A stretch of 64,000 nucleotides of DNA from Macrostomum lignano (taxonomy: Eukaryota): positions 558,001 through 622,000 of the forward strand of contig NIVC01000100.1 in the NCBI GenBank assembly GCA_002269645.1. The letters run 5' to 3'. This document shows positions 37,720 through 48,556 of the stretch, piece after piece. Within the stretch, counting starts at the first letter, position 1. The number at the start of each line of letters is the position of its first letter. Both the position numbers and the translations under genes were made by a program. The notes beneath the pieces are model-generated. The model saw only the letters and a program-made list of their open reading frames with translations, did no database searches and had not been told where the DNA came from.

Positions 37720-38336
37720 TCTACTCGCATTAATCCAACCGGCTTTGCTTTTTCGCTAATTATTGGCACTCCATGCTATGCGACCTCAATCATCTTTGTT
37801 AGCAACACAAGAATCTTAACAGTGAAACATTTGTCTATGGCCAAATCCACGACTCTTAAGGCAAGTCGTTAAAAATAAGCTGTGGCTTACAAACCACGGC
37901 TTTTTAGCAATCGTTTATAAAACGCTTTTTTTTAACAACTGCTGAAAGTTGCAGCTTAACGAGCAGCAGCTTACGGCTTACGGCTAGCTGTTTTATGAAA
38001 TCGGCCTCTTTTTATGAGTCTCAGTGATTGCTTTGCAGTAGCAGACTTGTGCAATGTACTTTTTGGTCACAATATTTTGTTTTTATCCCTTTGTTACTAA
38101 TCCGCGCGTGGAGAGATGTAGTGCTTGCGCGAGCCCGATTTATATGTACATCGGCCTTGCGTACAGTATGTACAAATTCATGCACTTTAAGTGCGGCGAT
38201 TCTCTAGCCCCACTCCACTCGGGTGGCGTGATTTTATCCATAGTCAAAATAAATAAATATCGATCAGCCCACCTAGCAGGGCTCCACCTTTCGTCTCAGC
38301 AAACTCCGGCCTTTCTTACTATAGCAGTAGTATATA

Positions 38337-38575
38337 ACCATACAAAATCGCCAGCAAACCATGGTCAGAATTCAAATGATTTTTATCCAATTCAAGGTGA
38401 AAGCACTCGTTTTTCACTCCATTATCGCTCGTCTTCACTTCGCTCAACTCGCTCCGCTCATCCTCGCTTCATTCCGCTCAAAACGAGTGCTTTCACCTTG
38501 AATTGGATAAAATTACCTTGTATCTGAAAATTCGCTCTCTTCGTTCGCTTTGGTTTGCTGACGATTTTGTATGGT
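38337..38575. mobile_element. MITE with nested double inverted repeats
   Basis: Outer 25-bp TIR accatacaaaatcg(c/t)cagcaaacca and inner ~32-bp IR ttttatccaattcaaggtgaaagcactcgttt; lies next to the clipped 3' LTR. Confidence 0.75.
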
Positions 38576-39509
38576 ATTCAAACAGCAACAAACAGCAACA
38601 ATCTCTTCCAACACCCACAAACACTCTCTAACCCCAGTCCGCGCCGCAGGCGCAAAGGGTCTGTAATGGTTTTTTTCTGTTACTAAAAATGAACCGAGTT
38701 TACACTTTTTCTGTTAGTGATACTTTTGAAACTGTTGCTAAAAATTCAGAGATAATAAAACAACATATTTTGAATGGAATAATCGATGAAGTTTATTTAA
38801 AATACGACGATGGAAATGAACTAAAACTTTATCCCCTAGAGTTGGATGGTTTATACGATTTAGAACAAGAGGGTGAGTTATGTGACAGTGTGATTCGTAG
38901 AAGCGCGTGTATCGTATTTCTTTATTTTCATATGCATACCGTGCTACTACTGTATTCTTCCATTTATTTTAACAATATTCGTACGTATTATTATCGCGCT
39001 ATTTTTACTGTTAATTGCTTTGTTTTTGTAGCCTCGTATGTATTTATTCTATTATTGGTATTTCATTCATATCGTTATTATTTATCGTAAAGTAGTTCTA
39101 CCTATGTACATGTACTGACGTATGTTATTCTTGTATGATATATTTATCGATTGATTTGTACATGTACATTGCGCGCCGCGTGGGGGGTTTGTCTGGGTTT
39201 TGGATTAGGGTCGCTGTTGTTTGTTATCTGTTTACCTTACCAATTAAATATACGCTTGCATCCAGTCGCCGCTCTCCCCTGCGCTCCTGAGTTTTCGCTC
39301 CGCTTCTCGCGGGCCCCTTAGCCGTCGCATTCAATTGCTTTAGTCGCACTAAAATTAAGCAGCTACCAATCAAAACCTAACCTTCAATTCAACATACCAA
39401 ATCTGAATCTGCAATTTACGCTAAGGGAAGTCGGCTACTGGCTCTAGATTATCAAATTTAACCGCTACACAAACTGCACGTCTTCCTGCCTTTATTCGTC
39501 ACATAAATT

Positions 39510-39526
39510 TGGAGGTCCCACCGAGA
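39510..39526 (+). promoter_or_regulatory. Primer binding site complementary to the tRNA-Gln 3' end
   Basis: TGGAGGTCCCACCGAGA complements the tRNA-Gln end ...TCTCGGTGGGACCTCCA. Confidence 0.8.
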
Positions 39527-39589
39527 CTCAACTCAACCCGCACGGCTCCTCGGAGGTCTTAGATCACCCATCTGCCTATTTGCGTTGTT

Positions 39590-39900
39590 ATTTGTGGCGA
39601 TCTGCAACGTTCTGCGACGATCTGCGACGATCTGCGACGATCTGCAGCGATCTGCGACGATCTGCGGCGATCTGTGGCGATCTGCGACGTTCTGCGGCGA
39701 GCTGCGGCGATCTGCGACGATCTGCGGCGATCTGTGGCGATCTGCGACGTTCTGCGGCGATCTGCGGCGATCTGCAACGATCTACGGCGATCTGCAGCGA
39801 TCTGCGGCGATCTGAGACGATCTGCGGCGATCTGCAGCGACCTGCGACGATTTCTGGCGATCCGCGGTGAGCTGAGGCGATCTGCTATCTGCAAGTGACC
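39590..39900. repeat. 10-nt CpG-rich tandem repeat (gatctgcggc/gatctgcgac) in the retrotransposon leader
   Basis: About 30 units. Confidence 0.9.
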
Positions 39901-40221
39901 CAAAGACGATCTCCATCGGCCGGAGCGATCTGCACATCGGCCGAGACGCAGTCTGCATCCGCCAGAGGCCATCTACGACTGTCCGAGCGACGATACCAGC
40001 TAAGCCCGCAATCACGTTTCGTAAACCGGTATGAATCCCTCTGTGTGTGTCTTTTAGGGCTCTTGTCTGGCAGGTTAGCATTAGGTTTGCGTGATTTTAG
40101 TTTAGATTCTTTAGGTTGGGCATTAGGTCCTGCCAGACACTGTGTGCTTTTGCTTTTGTTCTTCTCTCGTTTTCCGCTTCTCTCTCTTTCTTGCTGCCTT
40201 CTCTTCGTTGCCGAGCCGATC

Positions 40222-42711
40222 ATGAGTGACCGCGAGGACAGGGGTGCCACTGCTGGCTCTCCAAATCCAGCCGCTTCTGCTCAGGAAAGAAAGTTTGTGT
40301 CAAGCAACACTACAGACTCAGAGCCACTTCTTGCTAGTACCATTGCTGCACTGCACCGGTTGTTAGAAAATCAATTCTCAAGAGAGTCCCGTTCTCAATC
40401 GTTCTACCAGAGTCAACAGAAGGAAACAGCTACATGCATTAAGCTTCGGCCGCCACCGTTGTTCACTTGCACCACGAAGTTTGATGCCTGGGAAGCTCAG
40501 TTCAATGCCTACATTGAAGCTCATAGGGTTCCTCACTTTCAACAGACTTCAGTCCTGCTGTCCCTTCTGGCACCAGAATGCCAGGAGTACTTTCTAAATA
40601 ACAATCTTACGGACCAGACCTGTGAAGAGGCACTGAAGTCTATGAGAGCGCGTTACACTGACTCTAACGTTAGGGAGAAAAGTTATATGGAACTAGTTGC
40701 CGCTCACCAGAACAGCACCGAATCGATTGCCGAGTTTTACGATAGGTTAGCATCTTATGCCCGGTTAGCAGACCTCTCATCTACTGAAGCTGAACCTTTA
40801 TTACGAGCGAGGCTGTGCCATGGCATTCGGGATAAGGTGCTCGCAGAAAAACTCTTGCTTTGGAGCAGTGATGCAGGGGTGAGTGATGAGTCTAGTGGGG
40901 CAAAGGCTAAGACTGTCCCGTCTGCCGAGTTGGTTAAGAAGGCCAAAAGGATCGTTGGTATTCAGCAACTTCTGCAACCCGCTCCAAACTCCTCTGCGAA
41001 TATCCGTGTCCTTGAAACCGAGAAGGCGTCTCTGGAGGCAAGAGTAGAAGAGCTAGAGAGACTCCTTCGACTCCAGAACCAGGCTGGAGTTTCCAAGCCT
41101 GTTGCTGTCAATCAACCACAACCATCTAACAAGTCAATCCAAAATTCAAACCAACACAAGCCACATAACAAGCACAAGAATAAACAACCGCCAAATCACG
41201 GGGCAACTCAGCAATTTGGTACAGCGGTGTCCAGATCAAGGAAATGCTACAGGTGCGGTGGTGAGGACCATTTCATTGCCGACTGTCCCATCACACCATC
41301 ACCTCCAATAGCTCACCAGACCGCTGCTAAGAGTCATCCTCCAAATAATCAGGCCCAGCATATGTCGGAGGTTGGTTCAATTGTTTCCTGGAAAGGGAAC
41401 TTCGGGTTCATTCAATCAGAACAACTTCCCGACCAGCTCTTCTTTCACCGTGGTGAGCTGTCTGAATCCTTGAACCGTTCGGCTGACCAGCACCAACTCG
41501 TAGGCACAAGAGTCCAATTCCATCGGAAAATTGACTCGGGCAAGAAGCGCGATCAGGCTTGTGGGGTAAGGCCAATTCCATCGATCAATCAGACGCATTT
41601 AGGCCAAACTAGTTCCGATGAGCCTGCGGTGGATTCCAGCTTCTTTGTCCAGTTGCGAATCGGGGACAACCAAGTCATGGCTTGCCTTGACTCGGGGGCA
41701 AACGCCAGCGTGATGGGGAAGCAAGCCATGGAGAGACTGGTTGAAGCCGATCCGATCAACAACATCTTTTCGCCAGCGCACAAAGACGCAAAGGCGACGG
41801 CTTTCAACGGGTCCACCACCCAGATTTTAGGCTCTTTGCGCTGCGAAGTTGAACTAGGCAAGATTAAAAAACATCACGTTTTCCTTGTGACCGAAGAATC
41901 CACTGCTGAATCGCTCTTAGGTATTGATTTCCTCCGTGGTTTCCAGGTGCTGCTGGATTTCACCTGTGGCCAGGTACTCGTGGCCGGTGGAGCAGTGCCT
42001 GTGATCGAGGGCGATAAGGGGGTGTTTCGCATACGCCGTGTATTGGCTGCTTGTACCTCTGAGCTACCACCTCACTCGGAAACCCTAGTGCCGAGTCGAG
42101 TGATTGACACTGTGCCAAACCTGAGTGGCACAGTCTCCTCTAAACTTTTCAATACAGACTCAGAATTTTTTGTAGCTAGGTCAGTGGATAGAGTCAGCCC
42201 GACGAATCACGTGTTAGTCCGATTGCTAAATAGTAGCGATCAACCAGCTAGGATTGAGCGTGACCAAGAGATTGCATCTTTTCAAGAGCTCGGTCATGGA
42301 GAAGTTGTAGTACCAACTGCTTTGTCTGAGAAGGATTTTTCCATAGACAACTGCAATCTCCTCAACAGTAAGCTTTCAAGATTACCACCACCAGAAAAAG
42401 GTACAGCAGAATGGCTTGTGAAACAGTTCCGACTCGACCAGTCCAGTCTGACTCCAAATCAATTAGCCCTAACTTTGCGCATGCTTAATTACTTTTTAAG
42501 CCAGATCTCACAGGATGATAGTGATCTCGGTCGCACAAAGCTACATGAAATGTCAATCGATCTGATTGAGAAGGAGAGTCGTTCAGAACTTAATGAAAAT
42601 TTAAGTTTGATAACAGTTGAACAAATGTCAATAATTATTTTAGTAACAAAAATAGTAATAATATTGTTTTTATTTGTTATAAAAAACTTATTACCATGTT
42701 TCCTTAGGTAA
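40222..42711 (+). CDS. Gag, CCHC, cold-shock domain and aspartic protease polyprotein (truncated; last ~40 codons run into unrelated AT-rich DNA)
   Basis: FDAWEAQF..LLSLL (gag); CYRCGGEDHFIADC; GSIVSWKGNFGFI..LFFH..GTRVQF..ACGV (CSD); ACLDSGANASV; LLGIDFL; pre-RT motif DLGRT..HEMSIDL. Confidence 0.88.
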   Translation: MSDREDRGATAGSPNPAASAQERKFVSSNTTDSEPLLASTIAALHRLLENQFSRESRSQSFYQSQQKETATCIKLRPPPLFTCTTKFDAWEAQFNAYIEAHRVPHFQQTSVLLSLLAPECQEYFLNNNLTDQTCEEALKSMRARYTDSNVREKSYMELVAAHQNSTESIAEFYDRLASYARLADLSSTEAEPLLRARLCHGIRDKVLAEKLLLWSSDAGVSDESSGAKAKTVPSAELVKKAKRIVGIQQLLQPAPNSSANIRVLETEKASLEARVEELERLLRLQNQAGVSKPVAVNQPQPSNKSIQNSNQHKPHNKHKNKQPPNHGATQQFGTAVSRSRKCYRCGGEDHFIADCPITPSPPIAHQTAAKSHPPNNQAQHMSEVGSIVSWKGNFGFIQSEQLPDQLFFHRGELSESLNRSADQHQLVGTRVQFHRKIDSGKKRDQACGVRPIPSINQTHLGQTSSDEPAVDSSFFVQLRIGDNQVMACLDSGANASVMGKQAMERLVEADPINNIFSPAHKDAKATAFNGSTTQILGSLRCEVELGKIKKHHVFLVTEESTAESLLGIDFLRGFQVLLDFTCGQVLVAGGAVPVIEGDKGVFRIRRVLAACTSELPPHSETLVPSRVIDTVPNLSGTVSSKLFNTDSEFFVARSVDRVSPTNHVLVRLLNSSDQPARIERDQEIASFQELGHGEVVVPTALSEKDFSIDNCNLLNSKLSRLPPPEKGTAEWLVKQFRLDQSSLTPNQLALTLRMLNYFLSQISQDDSDLGRTKLHEMSIDLIEKESRSELNENLSLITVEQMSIIILVTKIVIILFLFVIKNLLPCFLR

Positions 42712-43380
42712 TAAATTATATAAATGAGGAAGGCTCGCTGAAATGTTCACGTATATTCTATTTTAAATTCACGCCAAATCACGCTTGAATACGAAGTTTG
42801 TTTAAATGGGATGTTTTGTTTAAATGGTAGATTTCTATATGGGAAAGTATATTTTGTTTAAACTGATAAAAAGAATTTTGTTATACACCGACCCGCGCAC
42901 CCATCCTCCCCTTGCTATCCTATAAATACAAGCGATTTCGGGCAGTTTTTCCTTTGCCCGCCGTTTCTCCGATTCGGTCTTAAGAAGCAATTCGTGTTGG
43001 CTCAGTTCACTTGGAAAGCAGAAAGGAGAGAAAAACTGTAAGAAGCCAAGAGAGAAAGGCTGAAAGAAGCCAGAAGGAAGGGCTGTAAGAAGCCAGAAGA
43101 ATAAGCTGTGAGAAGCCAGTAAGAAAGGAGCAAACAAACGGTCGCTTAGTTGGGCAACTCCATCCCAGGGTAGCCGCTCTATGACTGGAAATTAGAAGTA
43201 GAAATTAGACAGTATTTAATGAATTAGATCAGTGTTTGCCGCTCGACACTGCTACCAGGGCTACTTGCATAATTTCAAGGAGTCCTTAGACTAAGATTCC
43301 GTATTTAGTGTTTTTCCTAGAAATAATAAATGATTGAAGTAGTATACTAGAGTGATAGATATTCTAAAATTACCACAACT

Positions 43381-43506
43381 TGGTAACAGCAGTGGGATTT
43401 TAACAGACAGAAATATCCCCTACAACAACTTGGTGGCACGGTGAGACATTATTAGAAAGGACAGGAGTTTCCCCTAGAACAACTTGGTGGCAGCGGAAAG
43501 GGATTG
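43381..43506 (+). promoter_or_regulatory. Three tandem tRNA-Leu-like PBS motifs
   Basis: tggtaacagcagtgggatt (43381), tggtggcacggtgag (43431) and tggtggcagcggaaagggatt (43485), compared with TGGTGGCAGCGGTGGGATT; each is preceded by acaact. Confidence 0.6.
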
Positions 43507-43529
43507 GAATCCGACTAAGGCGACCGCTA

Positions 43530-43655
43530 AAGACAGCGAATAACGTGAGAGTACAGCGAATAACGTGAGAGTACAGCGAATAACGTGAGAGTACAGCGAA
43601 TAACGTGAGAGTACAGCAAATAACGTGAGAGTACAGCGAATAACGTGAGAGTACA
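43530..43655. repeat. 20-nt tandem repeat (acagcgaataacgtgagagt) in the retrotransposon leader
   Basis: About 6 units. Confidence 0.9.
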
Positions 43656-44512
43656 AATGGCAGCACTTAATTATTAGCAGGAACAGGCTAGAATTAGGGC
43701 CTATGAGGCATGTAAAGATCCAAAAGTACACTCCTAGTCAGGATGTGCGAATTTGGTTGACTGCATTCGACCAAAGGTGTGATCAGGAAGGAATCAGGAG
43801 CACAGAAAGACTGAACTTTTAGCTAACCTAGACCTATCAACTGCGTTTGCAGCAGTACATCGATTTAAATTTACCTGAGGATTTGACGTATGAGGAGTTT
43901 AAGGAGAGATTAATAGAAAGATTTGGCCGGATTGGTAGTTCATCCGAGTACAGAGAGGAGTTCAGAGGTAGGATGCAGGGTAGAAAGGAGGCAACCGACG
44001 TGTTCGCCGATGCTCTGATCGAACTAGCAGCTAGGGCGTTTGAACGCAGAACAGCGTGAAGAGGAAGTAATCGAGCAATTTATTAAGGGAGTAAGAATTT
44101 CCTCCGATACTCGGGAGAAACTCATTTTTGCTCAGCCCAGTAGCCTGCAGGAGGCCAGACGCATGCTTAGGAGAATAGAAGCAGCCTGGCATATGTCGCA
44201 TAAGAATTGTGTCAGAGTTGTGAGAGACGAAGATGATGAGATGAGCAAGCTAGAAAAGCTAGTTAAGCAGCAGAAATCTGAGCTCGAAGAGCAAAAGAAG
44301 CTAATTCAGGAATTGCAAGCTGAAAAGCAGCAGCCGCCAGTTACTCAGACTAGGCCGCAATACTATCAGCCAAGAGTTCATGCGTTCCAGCCACAGATTC
44401 GCCCGCTGATGCAGCAGCAGATAAGAAGGCAGATTCCGTGGAAGCCAACACAGAACGTAGTGCGACCTGGATTTAGCAACCAGAGTCGATTCCCTGCCCG
44501 CAATTTCTATCA

Positions 44513-44522
44513 GGGAAACTAG
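44513..44522 (+). promoter_or_regulatory. Putative -1 frameshift slippery heptamer GGGAAAC directly before the gag stop
   Basis: CAG GGA AAC TAG fits XXXYYYZ; the downstream protease frame needs one further indel. Confidence 0.45.
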
Positions 44523-47500
44523 GATTCGAGGGCCGGTATTCGAGGCCACGTCCCTCTAGGAAATCCCAAAGCGAAACTCAGGCCTCTCATTTCCCCCGTA
44601 AACCCGTTTGCAACCCACTCCCTGGAGAATGGCGACAAGTCCCGTTTCCAGGAATTCAATGCGTAATGCACAAATGCGTAATGCACCAATGCGTAATGCA
44701 CCCATGCGTAATGCACCCATGTATAGAGCACCAATGCGTAATGCACCTGTAAACAGCGCGTCCCCCATCGCGCTATCTCCTAATATGTTTGAGTTATTGG
44801 CGTCAGAGCCGAGTGAGTCAGATGCGAAAGCATCAGCATCCGAGCTGACAAAGTCCCCAGTGACTAAGCCAGCAAGTGCAAAGCAAAAGGCGAGGAAATC
44901 TCGCAAAGCGAAATATCGTGAAGCTAAGAAAGCAGCTGAGAAAGCAAAAGTTGAATTGATAAGCGAGAAAAGTAGTGAAGCAATTGGCCTTGGAGACAAT
45001 GAAGGTCAAGAAATTGACTTCTTACTTGACTCTGGAGCCGGAAACTGCTTCTTGAGCAAGTCAGTATGGTCCAAGGTGATCAAGACAGAGCAAATCCGAG
45101 AAACCAATAAGAGAGTTACCACATTTGATGGTTCCTCAGTGCAGCTAGAAGGAGAATCTAGTGTGTCTGTGACATTCGGAGATACCCAAATTGATACCAG
45201 CTTTTTGCTGTGCAGCTATGAATGTGATAACATTCTTGGCATGGACTTCTTCCTTGCCCACTGTAAGAGCATTGATTAAGACAATGGCATGCTTGTACTA
45301 AAGAGAGGCCTCTGTGTGCCCATGCAGTACACCCGCCAAACAGTTAGAATTTGCCGAGTTTATACTCGAGAAAAGGCTATAGTACCTGCTAATAGTGCAT
45401 TGAGAGTTCCCATTAGGCTAGCGAAAGACCATGAGCCCAATCATGGCACTCCTATGACAGTAGAAGTGATTGGAGAAGGCGTGAGAGCCAAGGAATTGAC
45501 AGTGGAGATGGTTCCGACATTGGTCACCATGAGAGACGGCAATGCCATCGTGGAGATTGTGAATCGACACCCTGTCGACGTGAGACTGCCGAAGTCGACA
45601 TTGATTGGCCTAGCCAAGCCCATGAGAAACAAGGACCTCGTCTACTGGTCAGCATCGCCCTCCATCGCCGAGTCAGTTCCGCAGACAACTGCCGAAGACG
45701 CCGCACAACCCGCCGGACGTGTCAATCAAGCTCAGGCAACTGAAGATGCTTGGGTGAGCGAAATTAGTATTGGTGCCGATTTAACTGAGAGTCAGCGAAA
45801 AACAGTACTTGATCTCGTGAGAGAGAACAGAGAAGCATTCTCCCAGACTGACTTAGACATGGGGCTGACTCATCTAGTCACTCATGAAATTTCCCTGAAG
45901 GATGAGACCCCTGTTAGAATTCCTACCCGCCGCATCCCCCCTCATCTCCAAAAGCAAGTCGACGCCCAGCTAGATGATATGCTAGCTAAGAATCTCATCC
46001 GCCCCTGCTATTCTACTTATTCTACCCCATTAGTCATTGTGCCAAAGAAGGATGGCACCATCCGAATAGTGAGTGATTTCCGAGTGTTCAACTCTAGAGA
46101 GTTAACTATTTTCCCTATCCCCTCCCCAATATTCAAGAAACTTTCTCCAACTTAACTGGCTGTAAATACTTTAGTAGTTTAGATCTTAACTCAGGTTATT
46201 GGCAAGTGCCTATAAAGGAAGAGCATAAGTTCATGACCGCGTTTTCTACTCTGACGCGAGGACAGTTTGAGTACCAGGTTATGGCGCAAGGGTTATTCAA
46301 CGCGCCCGGTACATTTCAAAGACTGATGAACTTAGTGCTAGCCGGAATCCAGCATAAGTTTGCAATGTCGTATATTGACGATATAGTTACTTATTCGAAG
46401 CAATTTGAGGAGCATTTGTCTCGTTTAAGAGAGGTGTTTCAGAGACTGATCACCGCAGGCTTAAAGTTGAGAGCAAAGAAGTGCAACTTATTTCACTCTG
46501 AGCTCAAGTATCTAGGCCATGTAATAGGCAGAGATGGCATTCGCACAGACGAAGCCAAGATTGAAGCCATTAGAACTTGGCCAAAGCCAAAGAAGTGAAG
46601 GAATTGAGAAGCTTTTTAGGACTGTGCAATTACTATAGTAGATTGGTGAAAAATTACGCCGAAGTGGGGCACCCATTATTTCAATTGACTCGTAAGGGAG
46701 TTCAAAACTTCCAAGCAAAATGGACAGCAAAGCATGATGAAGCGTTTGAGCTTTTGAAAACCCGTATGATGAGTACTGAAGTACTAGCGTACCTTGAGTT
46801 TATAGACGATGAGAAGGTGAAGATGGTTCTCGATGTAGACGCCAGTGATGGACGCATAGGTGCCTGTTTGGGACAAATCCAATCAGACGGTGTCGAAAGA
46901 CCAATCGCCTACTTTAGCCGCGCTATGAAGGAGTCAGAGAAACGCCATCCCATAACTCGAAAGGAGTTGCTAGCTCTAGTAGATGCCATGAGGCATGTCC
47001 GTTAGCCATCGTTATGTACTGACTGTAGTTGATAGCACTACTCGCTACCCATTCGCGTTCCCAATCCGTAATCAGAAGTCTGACACAGTGATTAAGATCC
47101 TACAGGAGCGAATTTTCAGTGAATATGGTCAATGCCATTGGATACATACTGACAATGGGAAAACCTTCACAAGTAGACAGTTCAAAGCGTTTTGCGATTT
47201 GTACAATGTTAAACACATTTGTACCACCCCGTACCATGCCCAAAGTAACGGCTTGGTAGAGAGGTTTAACAAGCAAGTGAAATCTATCATTACTTGCTTA
47301 ATTAAGAAGGATCATAGCAATTGGGATCTAATGATTCTCGCAGCGCTTGTTGCAGTGCGCACTAGTGTGAATCAAACCACAGGCTATTCACCCCATTTCC
47401 TGTTATTCGGAAGGGAGCCGGTTTTGCCAATAGACAGTCAAATTCGCCAGCCAAATCAATACTCAGGCTATCCAGCCTATGTCGCAGATCATGCCGAAAG

Positions 47501-48556
47501 GCTAGAAATTGCCACAAAAATCGTGAGAGATAAGCTCGAGAAAGTTGCTGACAATAGAAAGAATATTGCTGAAACAGCCAAGCAGCATAAGGAAGTGCCA
47601 GTAGGGAGTTTAGCGTTATTAAATAACCCGCAGTTAGACAATGAGGAGTCTAACAAATTTCATAGGAAGAAGAGAGCCGCCTACAGAGTGCTAGAACAGA
47701 TCTCAGATGTAGTATTTAGAGTGCAGAGAGAGGAGGATGGTGAGCTTGTAGGGAACAAATTATTAGTACATAGAGACAATTTAACACTAGTTCCTAATTC
47801 GACCGCAAGGTTGACAATTAAGGGAAGCCAGCAGGAGAGCCACCGGAAGAAAAATCAGTCAAAGAGGGAAGCTAAAGCTAAGGGAAGCCACCCGCCGAGG
47901 AAGCCTAAGAAAATAGTGATTAGCGAGGAACCTGAGTCTGACTCTGAATCTGAAGAAGATGAGCGAGTGCAATGGCAATGCCAAATGAGAGAATCCGAAA
48001 CGGAACCAGCAACTGAGAGCGAAGATGAGAGCCAAGAGTCAGAGAGTGCAGTGGAAGAAGAGGAAATAATGAGCAATGCAGAAGATGCAAGAGAAAATGA
48101 TGAGATTGAGCCTGTACACGAGGAAGCTAATTCAGAGAGGAGATACAATACACGCAGACAGGTCAGGCCCCCAAGTGCTATTGTTGCTTGAAGCTGCTGG
48201 CCACTGTGCTGTCCATGTTGGGCAATCTCAGCTTCTGAGTGGAGGAGAAGGAAGGAGAAGGAGAAGAGAGAGCCAATGAGAGGAGGTGTAGAAGTGAAGG
48301 GATTTCGAAGCCATGGATAGGAGGAGAGAGGCGAAAGGCCGACAGCCAATGAGGAAGAGCCATCATCCAATAAAAGAAGACCTACCAATTAAAACAAATA
48401 TTGTTTGTTTGAATAAGCTTGAAACTTGATACCCCCCAAAAGTGGAATTTTTGGATTCCTATTTAAGCGAGATCCCTGACGCAATCAGGCCCCCATCTCC
48501 CAACCCAGCAAACAGAGCAATTTGAAGCAAAACAGAGCAATCAAGAGCAAACCGTT

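Larger units (their letters stand above)
34341..38006 (+). mobile_element. PIF/Harbinger DNA transposon, non-autonomous
   Basis: TIR GGCCGATTTCATAAAA at both ends; convergent transposase remnant and Myb/SANT gene; TSD not evident. Confidence 0.85.
32052..38325 (+). mobile_element. Degenerate Ty3/gypsy LTR retrotransposon carrying a nested Harbinger
   Basis: 5' LTR 32052-32262 (TG..CA) and highly similar 3' LTR 38117-38325 (3'-clipped); purine tract before the 3' LTR; gag, CCHC (CIRCGESGHRSC), protease DSGASCN; RT with the YxDD region deleted; ~158-bp internal tandem duplication near 32655-32960. Confidence 0.9.
39235..42585 (+). mobile_element. 3'-truncated Ty3/gypsy retrotransposon with a cold-shock domain
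   Basis: LTR remnant ending ..gtcaca (39503), tRNA-Gln-like PBS, 10-mer repeat leader, uninterrupted gag-CSD-pro ORF that breaks before RT. Outer boundaries approximate. Confidence 0.85.
42879..48191 (+). mobile_element. Degenerate Ty3/gypsy retrotransposon (putative 5' LTR, gag, pro, RT, RH, IN)
   Basis: gag (EEFRGRMQG, EQFIKG), LLDSGAG, YSTPLVIVPKKDG, YIDDIV, LDVDASD, HTDNG, YHAQSNGLVERFN; many stops and frameshifts; no matching 3' LTR found. Confidence 0.9.

Noticed and set aside
39895-40221. Hydrophobic N-terminal extension of the 938-aa ORF as a membrane or env-like segment
   Set aside because: It starts at a non-ATG codon in pyrimidine-rich leader DNA; ATG 40222 is the more plausible gag start
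41365-41580. Bacterial horizontal transfer as the origin of the CSD
   Set aside because: It cannot be supported without a phylogeny; the FFH motif fits a eukaryotic CSDE1-like source at least as well
42586-42711. Hydrophobic C-terminal tail of the gag-CSD-pro ORF as a transmembrane anchor
   Set aside because: It is read-through into unrelated AT-rich DNA after the truncation breakpoint
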